Positions 13,705-29,389 are shown, counted from the stretch's first letter. The stretch: 64,000 nucleotides of DNA from the human T2T-CHM13v2.0 reference genome, Homo sapiens (GCF_009914755.1 NC_060928.1); one strand, 5' to 3'. Numbers and translations are program-made. Notes: generated by a model not told the origin, from the sequence alone.

Positions 13705-15547
13705 CTAAAGGTAGAGGAAAGTGGCAAACTCCTTGGAGGGGGAAAATATCAAAGCAATGAGAATAAGATTCTCATTGAATGTGACCAATTCATCATAATA
13801 TCTTTAAGGCATGTTGTCCTAGTTTACTTAACACTTTTTCTTACGGATGAGTAAACTTTTAGAGTTAATTAAATATGGTATTTTCTCCACCTCTACTTTC
13901 ATGTTTTCTCTTTCTATGGCCTCAAAGCCTTTAGTTTTCTTGTTCATTTTTTCTTAAATCCCACCATGTTTACCTGTGTTCACTTTGAGCTGCACCCTGA
14001 CTTATTTTCATGGAATCATAAATCTCTAAGTTTGAAAGAGAATCTGCATGTTATATAAAAAACATGTTTTTCTTCTACAGAAATTCCCCTACAACATCAT
14101 GGCACGTGATGACTCAGCTGTACTGGAACACATTAAGCAAAGTGTTAAGTTGCTATTGGACCTTATCTCCTCACTGATAACTTAAGAGTGTTGAACAAAT
14201 TAACCCCTAAAGTTTCTTATAGCTTACAATTTCTGAATTTCTTGCTAGCATACTATTTCAAACAGAATTATAAGGACCAAAATGACCAAAAGGGATAGCA
14301 GAAATAGAGGCTGGCAAGGAGGCAATGGGAGGTAGGTTGTGTGGGGTTTTGGACACGGTAAGAAGTTGCCATCTTATGAATATATTTTGAAGTTATGACA
14401 AACACAATTTAACACAATAAACAAACAATAGAAATGCACAAGATGCAAAATATTGAGGGAACTATGGAGAAGAGAGTTGGAACAAGCCAAAGAAAGCATG
14501 AGTTCTTTTCTATATAAATATTTTATTTACATTTAATATAACCTCATGCAGAGTAAATTGTCCTTCGATATACTCTGCAACATTTCTAATACCATTCAGT
14601 TATATTGCATTGAGATGACTAAGTCAAAACTTATTTTTATTTTAAACAAATATCAAGAAGAACATTGCAGAATAGGGATTTTGTCTGCTGTATCTTATCC
14701 TTTCTGTCTAGAATAGTAACTGATGTGTTGCAGTATTCTATAAATATTTGCAAAATAAATTTGTTGAAAAATATTTAGGTCATATCACACTTCAAAAATT
14801 AAACAAAACTTTCGTTGAAGTCATTATTTCTATGAACGTTTTGAACTTTTTTATGTAAGAAATTTTTTTAATTTTAATTACTACATAAGATCATATCTAG
14901 CATGAAGAAGGAGAACAAAAGTCAGCAGATATTTGAAGTCTAAATATTATTCCCAGTGCTATTATCAATATGGTTTATAATCTATTTTATCATTATGTAT
15001 TTGGGGGCTTTTATACAATGAATTATTTATTCTTTTTCTTAAAAGAATCTGCTCACTTTCAGATATCCACACACCTTCCAGAGAACACTGAAAGTTTTTC
15101 AGCGAATTATTACCTACCATTGATTAAACAGGTCATAAATATGTAAAGCTCTTCCTAAAATGAGTAACTCCCCTAAATAGCAAAAATATGAAAGTTGGTC
15201 TATCATATTTGCACTTTAATGACTATCTCTGATATTAATTCTTATTTACAAGCTTAATTAGTGATTACCTAAAGTTCAATTTTTTTGGTAATTTCGCTGC
15301 TAGATATACGTCATGTATATTCATATGTAATCCTTAATCAAACTTTACTTCAAAAAGTGTATTCACTTTTATGCATATAAAATGTTTTATCTAATATTTT
15401 ATTTCCAAAATATTTTACATTCAAATAAAATTAAAATTCAGTATTATTCTTTTGTACCAATGGACAACTTCATTTTTTCAGACATTGCTATTGAAATAAA
15501 ACAACAACAAAAAAAACCTTCCAAACCTAATGTTATAAAATACTTAC

Positions 15548-15714
15548 ATGCTGACTGAGCTTGTACTTGTGAGTGCCTTGAACAAATGATCATCAAAACA
15601 AAGTAGTATCTCCATGTAAACTGATAGAATGTGAGTTCAGACATTTTCTATGAAGTAGGTTTTCCAAAGTTTAGGGCTCCAAATTCTAACTCTGTTGACT
15701 AGGATGAACCATAA
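15548..15714 (-). pseudogene. Candidate internal exon (167 bp, one in-frame TGA)
   Basis: Acceptor gtcttctttatgattttcag|T and donor CAT|GTAAGT. Phase 0 to phase 2: LWFILVNRVRIWSPKLWKTYFIENV*THILSVYMEILLCFDDHLFKALTSTSSVS, with TGA at 15639-15637. Confidence 0.75.
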
Positions 15715-16074
15715 CTGAAAATCATAAAGAAGACTAGTAAAGAATCAGTTATTCTCTTAAGACTATTACTTACTAGGATATATTTTTTGTAACTGCTGTT
15801 AAATGAACTTTTAGGAAGGTAAAATAATGAAGAATCCTTACAACTCACATCTAGCATAACAGAAGAATAATTGATTTCAAGGCAAAAATGCTCTGAGTAA
15901 TCATTCATTCTAAATTATCAAAACCATGCATAAATTCAATAATCAGTACAGTTTTCTCTAAACAGACTAGTTTTTATGTACTTTTAATAAATATTTGTGT
16001 GCAAGGAAATATGCTAGTTAAAGAAACTTAAAATAGAAAACACCTAAATTAAGATGTTTGTGATGATAAATAGG

Positions 16075-16577
<503 letters not shown>

Positions 16578-16665
16578 TTAGGTTTGCACCAAGAACTACC
16601 TACTGCAAAGACCAAGCTTTAGTTGGGAATATGCAAGATAAGTTTTGCAATGTTTTACAAGCTTT

Positions 16666-17420
16666 TTTTGTTTGTTCATTTACATTTTTTTCTTTTTTTA
16701 ATTTTTAAGTTTGGGGTACAAGTGCAGGTTTGTTATATAGGTAAACATGCCATGGGAGTTGGTTGTACAGATTATTTCGTCACTCAGGTATTAAGCCAAG
16801 TACCCATTAGTTATTTTTTCCTGATCTTCTCCCTCCTCCCACCCTCCAACCTACAAAAAGGCCTGGTGTGTGTTGTTCCCCTCTATGTGTCCATGTGTTC
16901 TCATCATTTAGCTCCTACTTGTAAGTGAGAACATGTAGTATTTGGTTTTCTATTCCTGTGTTCGTTTGCTAAGGATAATGGCCTCCAGTTCCATCCATGC
17001 ATCCATGTCTCTGCAAAGGACATGATCTTGTTCTTCTTGATGACTGCATGGTAATCCATGATTTATATGTACCATGTTCTCTTTATTCCATCTATCAGCA
17101 TCACTGATCATTAGAGAAATGCAAATCAAAACCACAATGAGATACCATTTAACACCAGTCAGAATGGTTGCTATTAAAAGTCAAAAAATAACAGATGCTG
17201 GTGAGGTCGTGGAGAAAAAGAAATGCTTTTACACTTTTGGAGGGAGTGAAAATTAGTTCAGTCAGTGTGGAAGACAGTGTGGTGATTCCTCAAAGACCTA
17301 AAGACAGAAACACCATTCAACCCAGCAATCCCATTATTGGGTGTATACCCAAAGGAAGATAAATCATTCTATTAAAAACACACATGCATGTGTATGTTCA
17401 TTGTAGCGCTATTCACAATA
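16666..17420 (-). mobile_element. Older L1PA with 5' inversion (twin priming)
   Basis: 3' UTR on minus (~16666-17095) and ORF2 end on plus (~17097-17420). 14-bp TSD GTTTTACAAGCTTT at 16652-16665 and 17421-17434. Confidence 0.9.
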
Positions 17421-18210
17421 GTTTTACAAGCTTTCAAAGGGCATTTGGTTATGAACAAATGTTATGAGATACATATGATAGCCATTATTATGTCCACATT
17501 TAAAAATTAGAGAAGAGTAGAAAAATAAAGTGATGCTGATTGGTTTACTTACTTATTCAAAGTGAAACAGCTATTATTTTGAAAGAACCACATTTATCAC
17601 CTAAATTTTACGACACTAAACCTAAAATTATCTGTACTAAACTACACTGTATCTATACATAGCAAAAATTTCTCTTCCTGTGGCAGTATGGTATATCATT
17701 TTCCTTTTCTAGTCCCTTAAATCAACTTTTTCGAGGGTCATAGTTAACCAGTCAATGTGTTGTTACTTTATCATCAAGGCATCAAAGACCAGTCAAAATC
17801 CTTCATTTGTATTCTCAAGGCAAGGTGAACCTGTTTTTAATATGACTGTTTATACCCTCTACATAGTATTATCTACTACATTGATACAGGTATCATTACA
17901 TGATAGATATTATGATAGATATCATTACAGTAGAGATAGTAAATAAACATTTATAAAAGAATTAATGAATGATGTATTTAATTCAAATACCTGTAACAGA
18001 AGCTCAGCATTGTAGAAATCAATAAGAAAAAATGAGTTTCATTTTTTATTACTCCTTTGCATTCTAATCATGTTTGTGAAAAAATTATCTATCATTACAA
18101 AAAGTTCAAATAATTAGGATGTACAAATTGTTTATTCTTTTCGTTTAGAAAAATGTAAACCTCTTTTTCACAAATTTACTTCTATATCTATAATAATTGT
18201 GATGACATAC

Positions 18211-18260
18211 CTGTTGTTTTTCTAAAGCTAAATAATTGACAAAAGTATCTTTAACTTCAA
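18211..18260 (-). pseudogene. Candidate internal exon (50 bp, open frame)
   Basis: Acceptor taattatcctag|T and donor CAG|GTATGT. Phase 1 to phase 0: (V)EVKDTFVNYLALEKQQ, in phase with both neighbours. Confidence 0.65.
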
Positions 18261-21200
18261 CTAGGATAATTAACTACACTAGATTAATTTGTATTCATTA
18301 AAGTAGTACTGTCTTTAATATGTAATATAGCTGTAGTGGATAATGACTTGGCTCTGATTCTAGGCAAACTGTATTGCAGGTTAGTTTTATTGAGGTATAA
18401 TTTTCATAGAATAAAATACACCCATGTTAAGTGTACATTTGATTTCATTCTGACCCATATAATACATTAATTTGAGTGAAGATATAGAATGTTTCTATAA
18501 TCCTAAAATATTCCTTGTGCCACATTTAAAATCTGTTTTTCTCAACCACTGTGCCTGGGTAACCACCAATGTGCTTTCTTTTACTATTGACTAGATTTAC
18601 CTTTAAAAAATTGATAATATAAACAATGTTACTATGAACATTTATGTACAAGACTTTGTGTTGACATGGGTTTTTAACTATCTTGGTAGATTACACAGGA
18701 ATGAAATTATGGAGTAATTTTCTTGGATAATTGCCTAGAAATAAGAAACTGTCTAACTATTCCAAAGAATTTGTACTATTTTATGTTCCCACTAGCAAGG
18801 TATGGAGAACTATTTGTTCCATACCACTGTTAACACTAGTCAGCTTTTTAACTTTAGCTATAAAAAAGAGTGTAAAATTATATGTCATTGTGGTTTTAAG
18901 TTATATTTCCTTAAAGACTTATAATGTTGAGTTCATTTTAATGCGCTTTTTCTTGATATCCATATATCTTTTCCAGTGAAGTGTCTATTTAAAAGTTTTG
19001 CCTTTTCTTGAGTTGCATTGTTGTCTTCTAATTAACTACACATTCAATATACAGTTTTTTGTGAGATATATTTTGCAAATATTTTTCCCAGCTTGTGGTG
19101 TGATACTTTATTTTTTAAACTATGTTTTCATAGTTGGTAGTATATACTTCGTGAAATGTCTTGACTATTCAAATCTTCTACCTCGATTTATTGGGTCATT
19201 TCTCATTCTACTACGAATATGTAAAAGTTTTTGTTATATTTTCTGGATACCAATCATTGGTCAGATATATTGTAAATATATTATCCCAATTTGTAACCTT
19301 TTCATTTTCTTAACAGTGTCTTTCAAATAGCAAAATTTCATGAATTTAATATATTCCAATATATTATGTTTCCTTTAATATTTCCTCCTCTAGGTTTATG
19401 AAGACTTTCTCCCATGTTATTTTCTATAAGTTTAGGCTTTTAATTTTTAAATTTATATCAGTCACCCATGTTGAGAGAATTATTATATGTGGTATGAGAT
19501 TAGAGTTGAAATTAATTTCTTTCTATAAAGATGTTCAACTATTTCCAAACAGTTTGGGGACAAGACTTTTCTCTCCAAGTGGAACTGACTTGGCACATTT
19601 GTTTGATATTAGATTGTCTATTTCTGTATTTTTTATTGATTTTTCATCCAAGAATATGTCTAAACTTTTACCAGATACAAGATAGTATTGTCTTGAACAA
19701 TACAGCATTACAGCAAGTTTTACAATCTGGTCACATAAATCCTTCAATTTCTTCTTTTTAAGCAATCACATTGGCTACACTAGGTCATTTGCATTTTATA
19801 TAAGTTTTGAAATCAACTTTTATATTTATACAAAATGTCTCCTGGAAATCTGAACATGATTTCATCAAATATCTTAGTAAATTTGGTGAGAATAGCAGTC
19901 TTAACAATATTGAATTGTCCTCAGTTCATGAATGTGGTGAAACTCTTCATTTATTTTGTTTTTTTATTCATTTCAGTTTTTTATTTCCTCTTGGAAAATA
20001 TTGCCAAGAGATCATCTCTTGGCATTATGATAATCTTGGTATTAAGATAATCTCTTGGTATTATGTTGTTACTGCACACACCTTGCACACATTTTGTTAA
20101 ATGCATCCAAACTTTTAATTTATAATTGTTCATTGTGGATACACAGAAATACAATATTTGATTTTGACTGTGCCTCCTAAATTCACTTGTTTTTACTGGC
20201 TTTTAAAATAATTTTTTAGGATATTTTAGGAATATATTAGTAGACATACTTTTTCCTTTTTAAATTTTAGTACATTCAATACTTTAATACTTTTAATTAT
20301 ATATTTAATTACTATAATTAAATACTTTTAATTATACATTTAATAATTTTCTTGCTTTGTTTTATAGACTGGAGCCTCCAATACATTGTAGAAGTAGAGA
20401 ACAGAAGTAGAGAGAGTGGACTTTCTAGCCTTGTTGTTCTATCTTAATTTTATTATAAAAATAATTAGGGAAAAGCATTTAGTCTTCTACTACTAAAATA
20501 TAATACTAGCTTTAGGCTTTTTGTAGATACTCTTTATCAAATTAAGAAAATTTCCATCTCTTATTTTCCTGAGAGTTTTTTTTTTAACAGCTAGAAATGT
20601 CAAAATGTGGGAAACAATATTTCTGTATATATTGAGATGATTATATGATTTCCTAGTCAATCTGTTAAGAGGGGAACATGCATTATTTGATTTTAACATG
20701 TTAACTAACTTTGATTTCCTGGAATAAACCCAAGTTAGTGATGATATATTATCCTTTTACATATTAGCTAGATTTCATTTACTAGCATTTTGTTAAGGAT
20801 ATTCTTGCATCTAGATTCATGAGGGAATATTGGCTAGTGGTTTTCTTTTGCTACTTTTTTTGGTGTGTTTAAGATAACAGGAAATACTGGCATTTTTAAT
20901 TTTCTGAAAGAATTTGCATAATATAGATGTTTCTCCTTAACGGTCTGACTGAATTCACCAGTTAAGCTATATGGCCTGGGGTTTTCATTATGAGTAAAGA
21001 GTTGGAATTGTTGTAGTGTGATATTGCTAAACAAGTATTTTACTATTCTTAAGTCACTTTGGCTAATCCACTTCTTTCAAGGAAGCTGTCGATTTGTAAT
21101 AAAGAGTCTGACATCATTTTTGCTGATAGCTTTCAATACTCAAAATTTTGCCTTCTGCCCCATATCTGTACAAACTGATAAGCAAGCCCAGGTGCTTTCT

Positions 21201-21302
21201 CCTTCCACACTGGCAGGAAGTTCAAACCATACAGATCTCTGCCTATGCAGAGAAATCCTCAACCCAGGTGCAGTACCTAACCACCACTAAAAACTCCAGG
21301 TC

Positions 21303-21698
21303 TGGATTAAGAAAATGTTGCACATATACACCATGGAATACTATGCAGCCATAAAAAATGATGAGTTCATGTCCTTTGTAGGGACATGGATGAAGCTGGA
21401 AACCATCATTCTCAGCAAACTATCGCAAGGACAAAAAACCAAACACCGCATGTTCACACTCACAGGTGGGAATTGAACAATGAGAACACATGGACACAGG
21501 AAGGGGAACATCACACACAGGGACCTGTTGTGGGGTGGGGGGAGGGGGGAGGGATAGCATTAGGAGATATACCTAATGTTAAATGACAAGTTGATGGGTC
21601 CAGCACACCAACATGGCACATGTATACATATGTAACAAACCTGCACATTGTGCACATGTACCCTAAAACTTAAAGTATAATTAAAAAGAAAAAAAAAC
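21303..21698 (+). mobile_element. 5'-truncated L1PA (L1PA4/5-like)
   Basis: L1 3' UTR with G-tract and poly(A). TSD AAACTCCAGGTC at 21291-21302 and 21699-21710. Confidence 0.95.
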
Positions 21699-21801
21699 AA
21701 ACTCCAGGTCATTCTCCCTTCTCTATGCTCTGAAATCAGTTTTGCAGCCTGCTTGAGAGCTGCCTTGCTCTCCTCAGAAAGACTTATTCTGTAAGTAGTG
21801 A

Positions 21802-22134
<333 letters not shown>

Positions 22135-25100
22135 AAATAGTGAGTCTTTCCACATCCTCTTTGTGTGTGTCTTTGTGTGTGGCATTATTAACCTCTATAT
22201 GTGAAGCAAATTTGAAGGGTGGTTCATTTTGCTTCTGCTGAAAGAATACAATGCTACTTCCTACGTTTCATTATTGACAATGCTTTCTTACTATACTTAT
22301 AATATTTTATAATGTTGTAAGGTTAGTACTCAGTCTTCCTTTTCTAATACTGGTAATATGTGTTTCTCTCTTTCCTTTCAAATACTCAGTTTACTTAAAA
22401 TATGTGTCAATTTTATAGACTTTTTTTCAAAAAACAGCTTGGACCTTGTTTTCTGTTTCATTGATTCCACTATATCAGTATTATTTCTTTTTTAAATGTA
22501 AGGTTTAAATTGCACTTTCTTTATGACTTATTAAGGTGAGCACTTATGTCATGGACATAATACATTTATTTTTTTAATTCGAAAGCATTTGAATAACAGT
22601 AATTTATGGAATTTAAAGCTACAAATTTATCCTAAAAATGATTCAGCAATATTCCCCAAATTTGAATAGGCTATGTTTGCATTTTCATTCAGTTCCAAAA
22701 TATTTTCTAATTTTCCTTTTATTTTGTATTTCAAAATTACTGTGATGGTGGTGGTGGTGATGGTTTAATTATGTATTTCCAAATGTTTAGAATTTTTCCA
22801 GCGATTTTTAAATTAAGTGCTATTAAACAGCTACATCCTCTATATGATTTTTTAAAAATGATTTAAATTTTTTGATACATATTTTATGGCTCATCCTATG
22901 GTCTAATTTGTTGAATGTTCTTGAGTGCCTCATTAATACTTGGAAAAATGTTAGCTTTTGTCCAGTGGAGTATTATATAAATGTCAATTAAGTTATGTGG
23001 GTTAATAATTTTTAAATTTTTTTTACATTTATTTACTTATTCAACATGTCCACTCTTAATTCTTTTCTATATATCTCCATCTTTTACCTGCTATCATTTT
23101 CCTTTTGCCGGAATACTTAATTTTTAAACATTTATTGTATTTTATCTTTAACTTTTCTTTAACATTTATCTTATTGCGGATCTGTTGGTGACAACTTCTT
23201 GGCTTTTATTTATTGAAAAACATTTAGTTTCCTTTTGTTTTAATGTATATTTTAACTGAATATAATATTCTAAGTTGATAGATTTTTTGTTTTTGTTGGT
23301 TTGTTTGCTTCCTCATTCTAAGTTTCTAAGTTATTTTATTGTATTCAGTCTTGCACAATCTGGAGTAACCCCTATAATTGTCCCTCTGAACAAACTATAT
23401 ACACATATCCATTTAATCACTTCAAGTACAGGTACAAGGATTTACTAACGTAGTTAAAGATCAGTCTTTACTCCAGGTACAATTAACCCTTATTGCTAAA
23501 TTAGGGCACCTGTGGATTCACTAGTGAATACACCTGGGAATCATTGTGGCCTCTGTACCCTCATCAGCACATCTAACTTCCTTGTGTGAGATCTGGGAAT
23601 TGTTCAGCTCATAACATCCTGATGGGTTGGGCTTTGTCTTATGGAGTTTCATTCTATTTATTCAAGACTTTATACTTAGTAGAAACTCATGGAAATTCCC
23701 AGGAAGACTTTTGGAGCTATTTTCTGCACAGCTCCTCCATTTCAGAACTCTGGGTTCTAATATAATACCACCAGAGTTTCCCCTAAGTTTTTAACTGTGT
23801 AAGTGAAGAGGTGAAGAACTACATTGGCCATAAAATAACCTAAGTATTCTTGTTTCTAGCAGTTTTCACAAGCTATGGGGAGTTATTATTGAGGAACAAA
23901 TCACTTGTGGAGAATAATAGAAATGATAATAACATTATATTGACACAGTTTTATTAAATATGTATGAATTGTTAGGTAAGATAAACATAAATCATTTTAA
24001 CTTTTACATTAAGTTCTATTAACAAAAAGATAAGAATAAAAGCAAACAAAAATCATCGTATCAAAACTTTCTTCACAGTAAAGTTTTTCTACTAAGAAAG
24101 CAAGTTGTACCATTTTCTAGTGATTTGCTATGACAAGATTAATCAAATTGCAAAACACTGAAGCTTCTGTTCTCAGTGAAGAGTAGATTAGGGGCAGCCA
24201 TTCATTTAAAATTCAGGTAATTATTGTCTGCTGTAAAGCTCCAGTTCACTAACAAGCTGGGGGACATCATTGCCTAACATTTGTCAGAACCACCATTCCA
24301 ACCTCTAGGCCAAGAAACTATGATTATCTCCTAGAAAAAAAATTTAAAGGCAAAACAACAACAATCATGAAGACTTAGAGTTTTCACATAACACATTAGA
24401 AATCTGAGCTTTATGCAGGATATACCTTCTCAGGGAGTGTCATGAAGAGGAGTATTCCTGATTTTGAGCATACAACAGTAAGACTTTATTCTTTACTGAA
24501 ATGATTGGGGTTCCAGATGTGAAGTACAGACCTGGTCCAAACTTTGGTGAACCAAGTTGGAGATATGGATTTAGTTCTGAATATCACTTATCAGAAGATA
24601 TTAGCAAATGGGGGAACATGAAATTAAGAATTCCTTGCATTATGTAATCTCATACTTTTATTGCTCTTATTCTGCATATCATTTGCGGATATGATTTGAC
24701 AAAAAAATTACCTATTTTTTCTGGAGTCCTTAATCTACTAAGTATACAGCATCATATCTTCCCTAAACCCCTACGCTTTGCCATATTAGAGGAAAAAAAT
24801 CTCATTCTCTTCCTGGTTTTGATGAAATTATAACTATTGTTTAAAGCCAAAAGAAGGCATGGGGCATGTTATTTTTCTTAAAAGACTTGCTTTGATTGGA
24901 GAGAAGGCAAGCAAAGAGGTGGGAGAAAGGACGTTAAGATGTGTACCAAGGTGGGTAAATATCGCTCATCTCATTGCATCTATACAGTAGTCTTTTTATA
25001 GACTTAAGTTTCATGTAAATTTGGAGTTTTGATTATCTATTGAGATGAGGGAAAAAAAGTGGTAGAGGTTTAGTAGATAAAGTGTGAGAAAGATGCTGTG

Positions 25101-25574
25101 AAAAACAGGAATTAAAGTAAATGGAAAATATAGTAAGACTGTCCAACATTTCTGAGAGTCTATTGAAGTTGATAATCATTAATTTAGAGTAGAATGAATC
25201 TGCCTCGTGTATTACTTTCCCTAGGCACTTTCTCATCTTGTCTGGCAAATTGCTCAAGGTAACATAGCAAATGCATATTAAATACAGAGTCAAATTGATT
25301 TCTTTTAATTCTTTTCTCATGTGTTTAATCATGCTGCACTAGAATATTTGTGTGTAAATGTACTTAGAAGCTACAGTCCAAAGACATATACTTATAGTGA
25401 ATAGTATTATAAAAGTAAATGAGTACATGTATGTGTTATATTAATTGATTTTTAAAAATTAGACGTGTTTAAAAACAATTATTGCTCATCAATTTTCCTT
25501 CAGTATACTTTTTAAATATACATACATACTAAAAATGGTTAATATAAAAACAAATATTTTCTATTTCTTGTTAC

Positions 25575-25638
25575 CTTTAAAGTTTAATTTTTGGTATTTA
25601 AAATATGGAAGAATTATGAGGACACTTGAAGTTTTGCA
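25575..25638 (-). pseudogene. Candidate internal exon (64 bp, open frame)
   Basis: Acceptor gagttttgtttttag|T and donor AAG|GTAACA. Phase 0 to phase 1: CKTSSVLIILPYFKYQKLNFK. Confidence 0.65.
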
Positions 25639-27699
25639 CTAAAAACAAAACTCACAAATGCTTATTATTGAAAAGGAGGTAGCAGTTTCCAAAAAAAATG
25701 CAACTAAAGATCAATCAGCATCACCTTCTTAGAGGTTTGTTAGAGATAGGGTTTGAGAATTACCTACCCTTTCTTTTAACTTTTACCCTTGTGTAGCAAG
25801 TAAAAGGAATCTATCTCCCAGATGCCATTATAAATGGCCACTAATCCAAAATTGAACTAAGATCAGCCATAAATTACTGAAAATATTAAGAAATTGTGAA
25901 TTATAAATAATGCAAAAAATAAATGTAAAGATGTAATTAAATATCTATTCCTTTAAATATAAAATGTTTTATTAAAAAGACTACTAAGCAAATTTTCATA
26001 ACTGACTCTTAGACTGGAGAATAGGTTGATAAAAAGGAAAAGACCAGTGATAATTTCCAAAAGTAAGGAGGGGCTTTAGTTAACAAAAAAACAAAACATA
26101 TCTATCAATTATAACTCTATAATAAAAAAGTAAATAGCTTTGTGGAATACACGATTCCATTTCACTGTAAATATTCACGCAGAAGCCAGGGAAATTGACT
26201 AGAACCTTAAAGTAAAAACCCACCTTAGGTGGGAAATGAGAATGAAAAATTAGCACTAAGACTTCATGCCTTTGTTCATCAGTTTTTTCAGTGATGAGCA
26301 GTGAATCTGGGGCACTTCTATCTGTGTTGGGTCTAGAAAAAACTTTAAAGGGAAAAGACTCATAGTAGGAAAGCTAATAAAAATGTTAATTGTTACTAAA
26401 GTTAATTATTAAGTTATTAAAAATAATCATTTCCCCTGATTTTAAAATCTGAATTATGATTGCAGCTTTTTGAAAATCAGTCATATTATTGATGGTTTGA
26501 ACTTCCAATTATAATAGGCTCAGAAGACAGCTAATGGCTCACAGCAGATGAATTTGTAGAGAAAATTAAATATAATACTTAATGAAGCATAGAGGCTATT
26601 AGTGTTATTACCTATAAACACTTGCAGAATATAAAAAGGAGGATTAGTATGTGTTGCCCCAAGCTCTCAAGTGGCATATAGCAAGGTCAAATGGAAAGGA
26701 TGAAGAAATGTTAGAAAGTTGTGAAGAGATGGCAACAGGCTTGAATTTTAAGTGGAAGCAACCCTTCCAAAGAAGGAAATATAATTCTATGTCAGGAGAT
26801 TAAAAGAAAGAATATATCCAAAGATTACGATAAATACTTTAATTATTCAGACAATAAGAAAGAAAAAATAGTGTTACGGCTTTAATTTTATCTTTGGAAA
26901 TTTTAAACTTTCTAATAATTAAAGATGGTAAAATGGGTAGTATATATCAGAACATAAACTTTTAATTCAGATTAATCTAAATTGAATGCTTGTCCTAGTA
27001 CTTATTTTATCTACATAACGCTGGACAATTGAAGACACCTCTATAGGCTACTTTTATACACTGATGATAACTTTTATAAAGTAAAGATAATGTGTTTGAA
27101 TAAGAGACCATAAAGAAATTTTGAAAGTCATCTCATCCATAAATGACAAATTTCAGTCCTTATTGGAAACTCTAAATAATTGATAATGATGGACTAAAGT
27201 ATTGTATGGAAATTCCAAATCACTATTATGATTTAGCAGTGAAAAGTACTAATATCAATTAACAATATCTGCCCTGAACACAAGATGGGCAGATTCAGGT
27301 GCCATGCATTAACCAATCTCAATTAATAAGAACCTGTCTCTTAAAACTTATCTCCCATCTTACAAAAGAAAAAACAAAAGGAAGCTTAGTTCATATCTCT
27401 GATAAGAAGGCATATGGAACTGGCTGCCAGTTTTTCCATTATCATCATAGTTTATTTCATTTTGTTGCTACGTGGGTTAAAATAATATTTTTGTATATAT
27501 TTTATAGAATCACCTAAACTGATCAATATATTATTGATTTGAATTGAGAGAGAATATTTTACTTTTTTATTATGCTAAGGTAAAAAGAGAAATAAATATA
27601 GCTGCTGGGGGTTGAATGTTTAAGGTTAGTACTGTTATATTTAGTAATAATGGCAACAAGGCACTGTGATTACAGAGAACACTTAAAAATCAAATAGAG

Positions 27700-28058
<359 letters not shown>

Positions 28059-28172
28059 TTATTAAATCTCTGCTGTTTGCCATGAGGTAATGAGAAATAA
28101 CTTCAAGGTTGGCGAAGTCATATTACTTCAGCCCACTAGAACATATAATTTGTGTGACTCCTTTGAGTTTAC

Positions 28173-28606
28173 CTTGTATTCCAACAAATTTAAATTCATA
28201 TATTGTGTTTGGCAGAAATAGCGTAAGTAAAAGGACCTTGGTTATTTCACCAATTCCTAGAATTGGTCTGTGATGAAAGCCTCCTCCTCTTGCTTTATTG
28301 ACTGGCACACTACCGTCTTAAAATCTAGTAGACACCACACCTCCTCATGGACGAAGTGGCTAATATTTAAAGAGCTAAGTGTCAAGGTCTTCCAGCATGC
28401 CCTAAATGGCAACCCTTTTTTCCCTTCTCTTGTTCCACAACATTTCCTCTGTTTTTAAACAAACCTGTATTTTTTGTTGTTGTTATCCCAACATTTTCTC
28501 TGGATCTCCTACTGTGTATATTCATGCATGCGTAAGAAACTCTTATGCTGAACAAACTATTAAAGTGATGATATATGGGAGCAAGTTTGAAAAATAATAT
28601 TATTTT
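28173..28606 (-). pseudogene. Candidate large internal exon (434 bp, frameshift and stops)
   Basis: Acceptor acaaatttcag|A and donor AAG|GTAAAC. The 5' half is open as KIILFFKLAP..NVVEQEKGKKG. After a likely slip in the A-run near 28415 it reads GLPFRACWKTLTLSSLNISHFVHEEVWCLLDFK..QF*ELVK*PRSFYLRYFCQTQYMNLNLLEYK, ending in phase 0. Confidence 0.6.
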
Positions 28607-29026
28607 CTGAAATTTGTACTTAATTGTATACAAGTTGATTAATATTTATGTATAATAAAATTTTATTATAAAATAGTATCTTTACTTTGAAAACACCGAA
28701 TTTTTTTGTAAGGTTTCTCTTTGTACTTTAAATTTCTCCATAATTTTACCTAGTCATTTAGAGAATTATTAATGAAACATCATCACGATGAATGGTATTT
28801 AAGATAATATTAATGAGTCTAAGCATAAATATTATAAAATAATTACTTATTTGAGCCTAAGAACATATTTAAGTATTTATATTCTGACTTCAGTCTAATT
28901 GTGGTATTTCATTTTTATTTCTATATTGGCTTCTTAGTTTTACATTTAGGCAATCACTTTTAGATTTTGCTGTTAGGATCGTAATAGGCATCTTTAATTT
29001 ATTATGATACATTTAATGTTAACACT

Positions 29027-29378
29027 TAATATGGTTTGGCTGTGTCCCCACCCAAATCTCATCTTAAATTGCAACTCCCACAATTCCCACGTTTCCTGGG
29101 AGGAACCCAGTGGGAGGTGATTGAATTATGGGGCAGGTCTTTCCTGCACTGTTCTCGTGATAGTGAATGAGTCTCATGAGATCTGATGGTTTTAAAAACA
29201 GGAGTTTCCCCACACAAGCTCTCTCTTTGCCTGCTGCCATCCATGTAAGATGTGAATTCTTGCCTTCCACCATGATTGTGAGACCTCCCCAGCCATGTGG
29301 AACTGTAAATCCGTTAAACCTCTTTTACTTCCCAGTCTCGGGTATGTCTTTAACAGTAGTGTAAAATGGACTAATACA
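29027..29378 (+). mobile_element. THE1 (B/C) solo LTR
   Basis: T(A)ATATGGTTTGGCTGTGTCCCCACCCAAATCTC...GGACTAATACA. TSD ACACT/ATACT. Confidence 0.92.
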
Positions 29379-29389
29379 ATACTGTACTA

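Noticed and set aside
20278-20345. Repeated AATACTTTTAATTATA units (and a similar short duplication at 31253-31331)
   Set aside because: Low-complexity slippage in AT-rich DNA; not a repeat-spacer array.
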